Below, piece after piece: positions 37,989 to 45,284 of a stretch of 64,000 nucleotides of DNA; the first letter of the stretch is position 1; the number at the start of each line of letters is the position of its first letter. The notes under the pieces are model-generated. The model was not told the origin of the DNA, ran no database searches, and saw only the letters and a program-made list of their open reading frames with translations. Source of the DNA: Acidimicrobiaceae bacterium (lineage in GTDB: Bacteria; Actinomycetota; Acidimicrobiia; Acidimicrobiales; Ilumatobacteraceae); assembly GCA_947447175.1 (NCBI GenBank), contig CANFIM010000005.1, positions 4,376 through 68,375 on the forward strand. Direction: 5' to 3'. A program made the translations under genes and the position numbers.

Positions 37989-39380
37989 GTGCGACAAGCA
38001 GAGCGCCCCGAGAGGGTTGTGTTCGGCGTCGGCATTGCGGGCATGTTGCTGTTAACAGCAGGCTATTTTTCTACAACTCATGTTGCAAGAAGAGTGACTC
38101 CACTGCGACCCCAGGCAAGCATCCAACCACTAAAAGTTGGTGTTTTATCTGCTCGACGAGCCCCCACAAATTTGTCCATGGTTTCAAGAATTGGCGCACT
38201 GGACAGAGCGTTGGCGAATTTCTCACCACGTGTTCCGTCCCAGTCATGCATCCAAGTGGATTGGCTCGGTCGAACAATTCTTAATGTCAATGGCAATCAA
38301 AGCGTGACTCCCGCATCGACAACAAAGATCATCACGGCATCAGTGGCGCTCTCGGTTCTTGGTCCAACGTTTACGTATCAAACAAAGGTAAAAAGTTCTG
38401 CGCCTCCCGTGGGAGGCGTTGTGGACAATTTGTTTGTCATTGGAGGAGGCGACCCGCTACTCAGTCGTAACGAATACATAGCAACAGAGAAGTATCAGAC
38501 AATCCACGCAAGTTCACTTGAGTCACTTGCAGACAAGATTGTTGCTTCTGGAGTTCGTCAAGTGAACGGCTCAATCATTGTGGACGATTCGCGCTATGAC
38601 GATGTTCGCTTCGTTGATGTGTGGCCACAAGAATTTCGCTTTACTGAATCCGGACCCCTGGGTGCATTAATGGTGGACGACGGAGTTGTCCTGGGTTTGA
38701 ATGCCAAGCCAGACGACCCAGCCATTGCTGCTGCTATTGAACTGCGAGTTCTTCTCGGGCATCGTGGAGTTTCAGTCATGAGTGATCCTCAGCGGGGCAG
38801 TGCGCCACAAAATGCAACAGAAGTGGCAACGCTTCAATCTGCTCCGTTAACCGACATCATTTCTGAAATGTTGACCAATAGCGATAACAACACTGCAGAG
38901 CTTTTGTTGAAAGAGATTGGTTTCGCCGTCAAGAATTCGGGATCAACTGCTGCGGGACTTCAAGCTGTTCAAGAAACGTTGGCCAAATGGAACCTTGGCG
39001 GAAAAGTAGTGATGAATGATGGCTCTGGATTATCTTCAACGAACAAAACTTCCTGCGGAGTTCTCGCCCAATTGCTGAAGCGAGAATCAAAGACAATGCC
39101 GGCACTGATGGCTGTAGCAGGGCTTTCGGGCACAATTCGGGAAGCCTTCGACCCATCACCCGTGAAGGGTCGCCTTGTTGGCAAAACCGGAACTCTCAAT
39201 GGAGTGAAGGCGTTGGTGGGCTACTTGCCGTTGGTCGGAGAAGAACCTGTGGTTTTTTCATTAGTTCTCAACCAAACGGGTATTGATAATCAATCGGCTT
39301 ATCGACCTATTTGGAACGCACTCGGTGAGGCCCTCAATAAGGCACGAGCAACGCCTAAAGCCGAGCAATTAGCCCCCTGA
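37989..39380 (+). CDS. dacB: D-alanyl-D-alanine carboxypeptidase/endopeptidase (PBP4, S13 family)
   Basis: SxxK is PASTTKI, SxN is NSDNN and KTG is GKTGTL. An N-terminal TM anchor is present. Start set at in-frame GTG 37989; the track start at 37857 overlaps the upstream gene. Confidence 0.8.
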   Translation: MRQAERPERVVFGVGIAGMLLLTAGYFSTTHVARRVTPLRPQASIQPLKVGVLSARRAPTNLSMVSRIGALDRALANFSPRVPSQSCIQVDWLGRTILNVNGNQSVTPASTTKIITASVALSVLGPTFTYQTKVKSSAPPVGGVVDNLFVIGGGDPLLSRNEYIATEKYQTIHASSLESLADKIVASGVRQVNGSIIVDDSRYDDVRFVDVWPQEFRFTESGPLGALMVDDGVVLGLNAKPDDPAIAAAIELRVLLGHRGVSVMSDPQRGSAPQNATEVATLQSAPLTDIISEMLTNSDNNTAELLLKEIGFAVKNSGSTAAGLQAVQETLAKWNLGGKVVMNDGSGLSSTNKTSCGVLAQLLKRESKTMPALMAVAGLSGTIREAFDPSPVKGRLVGKTGTLNGVKALVGYLPLVGEEPVVFSLVLNQTGIDNQSAYRPIWNALGEALNKARATPKAEQLAP

Positions 39381-39445
39381 ACCCATTGGTGCCATAGGAA
39401 TTACCTGTGGATAACTGCATGGAGGTGGCGTAGGCTGAAAACCCC

Positions 39446-39787
39446 ATGAACGACAAGACCACGTTTCCGAGACGCAAGTCGTCAACTACCGATCAGGTGA
39501 CTGACGTAGTGGATTCAGTGAAGGCATATGCGCTCCAAGAAACAATCGGACCTCTAAAGGGTGCAGTGCGTTGGCTTGCAATGGGCTCACTGGCAGCACT
39601 TTCTTTGGGCTTAGCAATGGTGTTCGGAGCCATGGCAGTGTTGCGATTCAGCCAAGACATGGGCGGCACAGCATTAGATGGATCATGGTCTTTCCTTCAC
39701 TATTTCATCACTCTCGTCGTGATGTCTTTGTTGGTGTGGCTTACTTTTTCGCGAATCTCACAACGCAGCTTGGCTAGGGGAGAATAA
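39446..39787 (+). CDS. small two-TM membrane protein (actinobacterial Holin-X / phage-holin-like family resemblance)
   Basis: 113 aa. A charged N-terminus is followed by two hydrophobic helices (WLAMGSLAALSLGLAMVFGAMAVL, FITLVVMSLLVWLTF). Confidence 0.55.
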   Translation: MNDKTTFPRRKSSTTDQVTDVVDSVKAYALQETIGPLKGAVRWLAMGSLAALSLGLAMVFGAMAVLRFSQDMGGTALDGSWSFLHYFITLVVMSLLVWLTFSRISQRSLARGE

Positions 39788-39789
39788 CA

Positions 39790-39996
39790 ATGGCTGAAAA
39801 CCGAATCTCACGCGATGATCTTGAATCTAAATTTCGTGCGTTACAAGCCGATGTACAAGGTCGTGCTGCCGACAAGAAGCAATCTGCCATTGCCATAGGT
39901 TCTGCTATCGCAACATGCGTTGTTGTTATTGCATATCTCCTCGGGCGACGCGGCGGACGCAAACGTGGCTCGCGCGTTGAGTTTCGCCGGTTTTAA
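39790..39996 (+). CDS. small tail-anchored membrane protein
   Basis: 68 aa. A helical N-terminus, one TM (AIAIGSAIATCVVVIAYLL) and an Arg-rich tail. 2-nt gap after the previous ORF. Confidence 0.45.
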   Translation: MAENRISRDDLESKFRALQADVQGRAADKKQSAIAIGSAIATCVVVIAYLLGRRGGRKRGSRVEFRRF

Positions 39997-40000
39997 CTAA

Positions 40001-40201
40001 ATGTTCTCCATCATTCGTCTCGTTGTTAGACGTCTTACAAACAAAAGAATCGCGAAAAGCAAATGGGCTGGTCGTGTTCTCTTTGTGTTTGCAGTTCTAC
40101 GGTGGTTGAACCGTCGTTTCGAAGGCTCGCAGATCATTCGATTGCAAAAGAATGAAACAGCATCAATCTCTATTCAGCAAACTGAAAGCAGGCACCGATG
40201 A
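40001..40201 (+). CDS. small basic hypothetical protein
   Basis: 66 aa, Arg/Lys-rich with one hydrophobic stretch (VLFVFAVL). Its stop overlaps the trmI start (ATGA). Coding status is uncertain. Confidence 0.35.
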   Translation: MFSIIRLVVRRLTNKRIAKSKWAGRVLFVFAVLRWLNRRFEGSQIIRLQKNETASISIQQTESRHR

Positions 40202-40968
40202 GCGCACCATTTGCTGAAGGCGAGAAAGCCCTATTTATCGATTCAAAACAACGTCGATACTTGGTAACTCTCAATGTCGAAGGTGAGTTCCATAGTCATT
40301 CGGGCTTTGTAGCCCACACAGCGATTATCGGTCAACAACCTGGAATCGTTGCTGAAACCACGAAGGGCGCAAAGTACATCGTTCTTCGTCCCACTCTCGA
40401 AGACTTCGTTATTGAGATGCCTCGCGGTGCTCAAGTGATTTACCCGAAAGACTTGGCACCCATGTGCATGATCGGGGACATTCATCCAGGTGTACGCGTT
40501 TTTGAAACCGGAATTGGTTCCGGTGCGCTTTCCATGACAATGCTTCGATGGGGAGCTCACATCACCGGTTTTGAACTGCGCGAAGATTTTCTGAATCGAG
40601 CAACTTCTAACGTGCGCTCATTTCTGGGCGAGAGTGCGCTTGACAGGTACAACGTGTCACTAGGGGATAGTTACGAGAGTGCTCCAGAGGGAGAGTTTGA
40701 CCGAGTCATGCTTGACCTGCCTGAACCATGGCGCGTTGTTCCGCATGCAGAGAAAATCTTGGTTCGTGGCGGCCTGCTTGTGGCGTACACACCGTCAATT
40801 ACACAAGCGGTACAAGTACGCGAATCATTTGGGCGAGGTTGGGTAGACCAACGCACACTGGAAGTTCTTCACCGAACATGGCACATTGAAGGCATGTCTG
40901 TACGACCCGACCATCGCATGGTTGCGCACACGGCATTTCTCACCGTGGCGCGATTTACAGGAGAGTAA
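40198..40968 (+). CDS. trmI: tRNA (adenine58-N1)-methyltransferase
   Basis: 256 aa, colinear with mycobacterial TrmI as I recall it. Blocks are MPRGAQVIYPKD, ETGIGSGALS, VMLDLPEPW and HTAFLTVAR. Confidence 0.85.
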   Translation: MSAPFAEGEKALFIDSKQRRYLVTLNVEGEFHSHSGFVAHTAIIGQQPGIVAETTKGAKYIVLRPTLEDFVIEMPRGAQVIYPKDLAPMCMIGDIHPGVRVFETGIGSGALSMTMLRWGAHITGFELREDFLNRATSNVRSFLGESALDRYNVSLGDSYESAPEGEFDRVMLDLPEPWRVVPHAEKILVRGGLLVAYTPSITQAVQVRESFGRGWVDQRTLEVLHRTWHIEGMSVRPDHRMVAHTAFLTVARFTGE

Positions 40969-40971
40969 GTC

Positions 40972-41217
40972 TCAGACTTCGATGAAGATGCACTCGCCGG
41001 GGCATTCCTCGGCGGATTCAACAACTGCATCAAGACGGTTGTCGGCAAAGTTTGCGAGGCCTTCTGCACCTTGTGCATTTCCCTTGGCTGTAGCGAACAC
41101 TTTGTCGCCCTCCACCACGTATGCAAGACCGTCGTCGAGAAGAGTGAACACATCAGGTGCGATTTCTTCGCAAAGTCCGTCGCCTGTGCACAAGTCTTGG
41201 TCAATCCATACCTTCAT
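40972..41217 (-). CDS. small single-cluster ferredoxin
   Basis: 81 aa. Reads MKVWIDQDLCTGDGLCEEIAPDVF ... ECPGECIFIE (CxxxxxC ... CP pattern). Confidence 0.8.
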   Translation of the reverse strand: MKVWIDQDLCTGDGLCEEIAPDVFTLLDDGLAYVVEGDKVFATAKGNAQGAEGLANFADNRLDAVVESAEECPGECIFIEV

Positions 41218-41335
41218 TGGGAAGTCCCTTCGTCACGTCGCCGTTATGGCATCTATGGCTGCGCCCCTTATGGGGAACATCTCCATCTTTACACACCCGT
41301 CCCAACTTTCATGGTGTCCGTTCTGCACAAGTTGG

Positions 41336-41363
41336 GCCCTCAGGGCAGGGGTAACCTGAGGGC
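41336..41363 (+). promoter_or_regulatory. 9-bp GC-rich hairpin ending 1 nt before the prcB start codon
   Basis: GCCCTCAGG (41336-41344) pairs perfectly with CCTGAGGGC (41355-41363). The 10-nt loop is GCAGGGGTAA. The ATG is at 41365. Confidence 0.35.
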
Positions 41364-41364
41364 A

Positions 41365-42147
41365 ATGACGATGCCCATTTTCTCCCCATCCGAAGATCCT
41401 GGCTCCAACTTCAATGAACTCGTTAAGAAATTGGGCTTAGTCCCGTCGCACACCAGCTGGAGCGAGTCATTGTCAGTGCCACATGCCACAACATGTGTGG
41501 CACTTCGATTCAATGAAGGAGTCCTCATCGCGGGTGACCGCAGGGCCACATCGGGCAATTGGATCAGCCACAGGGGTATGGAAAAAGTTCTGCAAACCGA
41601 TGACTTCAGCGCAGTTGCTATTTCTGGTGCAGCAGGACCCGCCATGGAAATGATCAAGATGTTTGCTCTCATCTTGGAGCATTACGAAAAGATGGAAGGG
41701 CGTTCGTTGTCGCTCGAAGGCAAAGCAAATCAGTTATCTATGTTGGTGCGCAACAATCTTCCCGCAGCAATGAGTGGAATGGTTGTACTCCCACTTTTCG
41801 CAGGTTTTGATGAACATGATTCACAAGGTCGATTGTGGGATTACGACGCCACGGGCGGCCGGTATGAAGAACGTGAGTACGTAGCAATCGGAAGTGGTTC
41901 TATGCATGCTGGAACCGTTATCAAAGTTGGCTGGAGAAACAGCCTCACTGCTCAAGATGCTGTTGAGTTGGCATGTCGCTCACTGTGGGAAGCATCGGAG
42001 GCAGATTCAGCAACAGGTGGGCCAGACGGTCTTCGTGGTGTGTATCCAATTGTGGCCACAATTGACAAGAGTGGGTGGCACAGAATCGAGGATTCTGAGT
42101 TGTCTGAGATCTTTGACTCGATTGCCAACGAGGTGAAGTCGCGATGA
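41365..42147 (+). CDS. prcB: 20S proteasome beta subunit
   Basis: Start at ATG 41365 (MTMPIFSPSEDPG). The propeptide is followed by HA|TTCVALRF, the catalytic Thr1 context, and by a GSGS block. The longer track ORF from 41071 is antisense to the ferredoxin gene. Confidence 0.9.
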   Translation: MTMPIFSPSEDPGSNFNELVKKLGLVPSHTSWSESLSVPHATTCVALRFNEGVLIAGDRRATSGNWISHRGMEKVLQTDDFSAVAISGAAGPAMEMIKMFALILEHYEKMEGRSLSLEGKANQLSMLVRNNLPAAMSGMVVLPLFAGFDEHDSQGRLWDYDATGGRYEEREYVAIGSGSMHAGTVIKVGWRNSLTAQDAVELACRSLWEASEADSATGGPDGLRGVYPIVATIDKSGWHRIEDSELSEIFDSIANEVKSR

Positions 42148-42821
42148 GTATGCCCTTCTACGTTCCTCCAGAGCAGATGATGCGCGAGAAAGCAGAATTT
42201 GCACGCAAAGGTATCGCTCGTGGTCGTGCTCTCGTTGCATTGCAATACAACAACGGAATCGTTCTGGTTGCGGAGAATCCGTCAAACAATTTGCGCAAAA
42301 TTAGCGAGATCTACGATCGAATTGCATTTGCCGGAGTCGGAAAGTACAACGAGTTCGACTTGTTGCGACAAGCGGGAGTTCGTGCTGCTGATCTCACGGG
42401 ATTGCAGTATTCCCGCCGTGATGTGGACGGTAGAGGACTAGCTAATCAATACGCCCAGATAATCGGTCAGTCGTTCACTCATGAGTCAAAACCGCTTGAA
42501 GTTGAGATCTTGATCGCCGAAATTGGTCACGAGAAGGAAACAGACAGGCTGTTTCACATCACTTTCGATGGCACGGTCATTGACGAGAATGTTTTTTGCA
42601 TTTTGGGTGGAGATTCTGATGCGGTTCAGCAACGGCTTCAAACCTCTGTCGACCCCAATGCATCACTTCAGCAGGCAATCAGAGATGCTGCAGCGGCATT
42701 GGCAGGACCAGATAGGCCCACGTCGACCGATGAACTTGAAGTAGCAATTCTCGTGCGCAGTGACCAACGTCGTTGTTTCTCCCGCTTGAACCACCAACAA
42801 GTATCCGACCTTCTGAAGTAG
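42144..42821 (+). CDS. prcA: 20S proteasome alpha subunit
   Basis: 225 aa. MSMPFYVPPEQMMREKAEFARKGIARGR is the typical actinobacterial PrcA N-terminus. 4-nt overlap with prcB. Confidence 0.9.
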   Translation: MSMPFYVPPEQMMREKAEFARKGIARGRALVALQYNNGIVLVAENPSNNLRKISEIYDRIAFAGVGKYNEFDLLRQAGVRAADLTGLQYSRRDVDGRGLANQYAQIIGQSFTHESKPLEVEILIAEIGHEKETDRLFHITFDGTVIDENVFCILGGDSDAVQQRLQTSVDPNASLQQAIRDAAAALAGPDRPTSTDELEVAILVRSDQRRCFSRLNHQQVSDLLK

Positions 42822-42822
42822 T

Positions 42823-43428
42823 GTGGGCTTCATGGAAGCCACAGACACCATTGTGGAACCCACCCCAGAGCAGTCGCTTGCCCGGGTTCTGCGTGATTGG
42901 ATTTTGGTCATCGCAGTAGCACTGGGTGCAGCGATGTTGGTACGCGCCTACGTGTTGCAGCAGTTCTACATCAGCGGACCATCGATGGAAGCAACTCTTT
43001 TTCAAGACAACAGGGTGCTTGTTAACAAACTCAGTTATCGGCTGCATCCGATACATCGTGGAGACGTGGTTGTTTTTGACCGTGTTACTACCTCTGGCGG
43101 AACTGTTGCTCACGATGACCTCATTAAGCGCGTGATCGGGGTTGCATCAGATTCCGTAGAAATAAAACAGTGCAAGGTCTTTGTTAATGGCTCTGAAATT
43201 TCAGAGCCATACCTGAACAAAGATCAAGTGGCGCTTGCAAACATGGTGTCGCGTTGTCGCGTGGTTGACATGCCGAAGGTGGTTGTGCCCAAGGGTCAAC
43301 TATTCCTCATGGGGGACAACCGCCCTGAGTCCTTCGACAGTCGAAGCTTCGGAACAATTCCGAAGAATTTGGTTGTTGGCCGCGCATTTGCCATCGTGTG
43401 GCCATTCGCTCGCATTCGAGGGTTGTAA
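42823..43428 (+). CDS. lepB: signal peptidase I
   Basis: 201 aa. The Ser box is SGPSMEATL, the Lys box is DLIKRVIGV, and GDNRPESFDSR is present. It starts 1 nt after the prcA stop. Confidence 0.85.
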   Translation: MGFMEATDTIVEPTPEQSLARVLRDWILVIAVALGAAMLVRAYVLQQFYISGPSMEATLFQDNRVLVNKLSYRLHPIHRGDVVVFDRVTTSGGTVAHDDLIKRVIGVASDSVEIKQCKVFVNGSEISEPYLNKDQVALANMVSRCRVVDMPKVVVPKGQLFLMGDNRPESFDSRSFGTIPKNLVVGRAFAIVWPFARIRGL

Positions 43429-43434
43429 GGCTCT

Positions 43435-44166
43435 CTACCGACGGGGGAGATGACCGATCTCCTGTGAATAGGAATCAACAAGCCTGTCAACGTGATCGCT
43501 GTACACGGCATCGAGACCCATTCGAAATGCATCATTGAGTGCATGGGGAAACTGGACATCCCAACCGAAGGCAAGTCGACTGAAGCGATGAGCCATGGTG
43601 ACGAGGCCACCATTCCAATCAGTGATGTGCATATTCAAAACGTCTACGCCTCGCTCAGCAAGAAGAGCTAACCGCATTTCAGGACCTTCTTTTATTCTTT
43701 GCAGTCTTGACGAATCCACAACTCGAATATCCGAGTGGCTTTCCCGGATTTCCAAAGTCTTTGCAATGCGGTGATGACACAGCCATAGTTTTTGTAGGTC
43801 AAATCCTGCATTACGCGATTCCCGCACAAGCCCATCTGCAGCGTGGTCATCTTTGACATCAATACTGAAATCAAATGCGGTGCCGCATCGCTCAAAAACT
43901 TCAGAAATAGTTGGTATGTACGAAGGCAGTTTGGCTCGAGAAACTTCGGAGATGGGCTTCTTGCGTCCAAACGATTTCACTACGCCGTCATGATCCAGCA
44001 CGACTATTCCGTCACTGGTAGTCCAAGCATCACTTTCCAGACCGTTAGCTCCAAGTTTGAGAGCCAGTTCGAATGCTTCAAGGGTGTTCTCTGGAGCATG
44101 GGCTTTCGCCCCACGATGCCCAAAGGCAATGGGTGGATTCAGTTGCGAAGGGAGCCTTTGCTGCAC
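43435..44166 (-). CDS. glycerophosphodiester phosphodiesterase
   Basis: 243 aa. FGHRGAKAHAPENTLEAFELALKLGANGLESDAW is the GDPD catalytic signature. Confidence 0.85.
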   Translation of the reverse strand: MQQRLPSQLNPPIAFGHRGAKAHAPENTLEAFELALKLGANGLESDAWTTSDGIVVLDHDGVVKSFGRKKPISEVSRAKLPSYIPTISEVFERCGTAFDFSIDVKDDHAADGLVRESRNAGFDLQKLWLCHHRIAKTLEIRESHSDIRVVDSSRLQRIKEGPEMRLALLAERGVDVLNMHITDWNGGLVTMAHRFSRLAFGWDVQFPHALNDAFRMGLDAVYSDHVDRLVDSYSQEIGHLPRR

Positions 44167-44202
44167 ACCTGAACAATAGGTCGGGGCTTCTATGCTGGAG
44201 CA

Positions 44203-44517
44203 GTGTTCAACCTCTCAGGCAGCGAATTGGTCTTCCTGCTGATTGCAGGATTGGTAGTTCTCGGACCCGAACGGCTTCCGGGTGTTATTCGACGAGTCGC
44301 CAAAACCTACGGTGAAATCCGAAGAGCCACCGCAGGTATTGAGAAGGAATTTCGCGACACATTTGATGAACCGTTGGCAGACCTACGCAACACAATTGAC
44401 GGAGCCAAAACTGGCTTTGGTCTCGTAGATACAGAACCGTCACCTCCCATGAGGTCGGAAATGCCCGCTGACCCCTCGGAAATCGCCTCCCAAGACGAAG
44501 AGGCGAAACCAGAATGA
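44203..44517 (+). CDS. tatB: Sec-independent translocase component, TatB-like
   Basis: 104 aa. The N-terminal TM carries Glu8 (SGSELVFLLIAGLVVLGPERLP). The GPERLP hinge is TatB-type rather than the TatA-type FG-x-KKLP. An amphipathic helix and an acidic tail follow. Confidence 0.75.
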   Translation: MFNLSGSELVFLLIAGLVVLGPERLPGVIRRVAKTYGEIRRATAGIEKEFRDTFDEPLADLRNTIDGAKTGFGLVDTEPSPPMRSEMPADPSEIASQDEEAKPE

Positions 44518-45284
44518 CCACGACACCCGAGCAAACAACACCAGAGTCCATGTCCATGATGGATCATCTCCGTGAATTGCGAATGCGTATTATCCGCAGC
44601 TCTCTCGCTGTAGCCATTGGCTTTTTCGTTTTCTTGGCCCTTTATGACCCCATCAAGAATTTCTTGACTCAGCCATATCGCAACCTGTGCGCTAACCGTC
44701 CTGATTTTAAATGTGACGGTTCCTTGTATTCGCTTGGACCACTAGATGGGTTTGGTGCACGTATGAAATTGTGCGCCTACGGAGGCATTGTTCTCGCTTT
44801 GCCTGTCATTCTGTGGCAAATCTGGCGCTTCGTTGTGCCCGCACTTTCCAAAAAAGAGAAGCGTTACGCCATTCCGTTCATTACATCAACGATGGTGTTG
44901 TTCTCAGTTGGCTGCTGGCTCGCGTATTGGACCCTTGACAAGGCTCTTGAATTCTTGATCTCTTGGTCCGGTACCGATGTGACCTCAACTTTTCAAGTGA
45001 CGAAGTATGTGATGTTGGTGATTCTGATGATGTTGGCCTTCGGCGTGGGATTCTTGAGCCCCGTTCTTGTTGTGTTCATCCAGCTTGCAGGACTAGTACA
45101 GCCAAAAACTCTCATCAAACAGTGGCGATACGCCATCATGATCATCTTTGTTACTGCGGCAGTAATCACACCGTCAGGTGACCCCATCAGCATGATGGCA
45201 TTAGCCATTCCGCTATCCATTTTGTATCTGCTCGCAGTACTTGTGGGTTGGTTGCTGGTGCGCAACCGCGAAACGTTCGCATAA
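44514..45284 (+). CDS. tatC: twin-arginine translocase subunit TatC
   Basis: 256 aa. HLRELRMRIIRS N-terminus and six hydrophobic helices. 4-nt overlap with the upstream tat gene. Confidence 0.9.
   Translation: MTTTPEQTTPESMSMMDHLRELRMRIIRSSLAVAIGFFVFLALYDPIKNFLTQPYRNLCANRPDFKCDGSLYSLGPLDGFGARMKLCAYGGIVLALPVILWQIWRFVVPALSKKEKRYAIPFITSTMVLFSVGCWLAYWTLDKALEFLISWSGTDVTSTFQVTKYVMLVILMMLAFGVGFLSPVLVVFIQLAGLVQPKTLIKQWRYAIMIIFVTAAVITPSGDPISMMALAIPLSILYLLAVLVGWLLVRNRETFA

Noticed and set aside
40886-41359. 157-aa plus-strand ORF upstream of prcB, examined as a possible pup location
   Set aside because: Most of it is antisense to the well-supported ferredoxin gene. The sequence has no Pup-like acidic helix or C-terminal GGQ/GGE. 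The real intergenic part (41218-41364) encodes at most a 37-aa peptide with no Pup resemblance.
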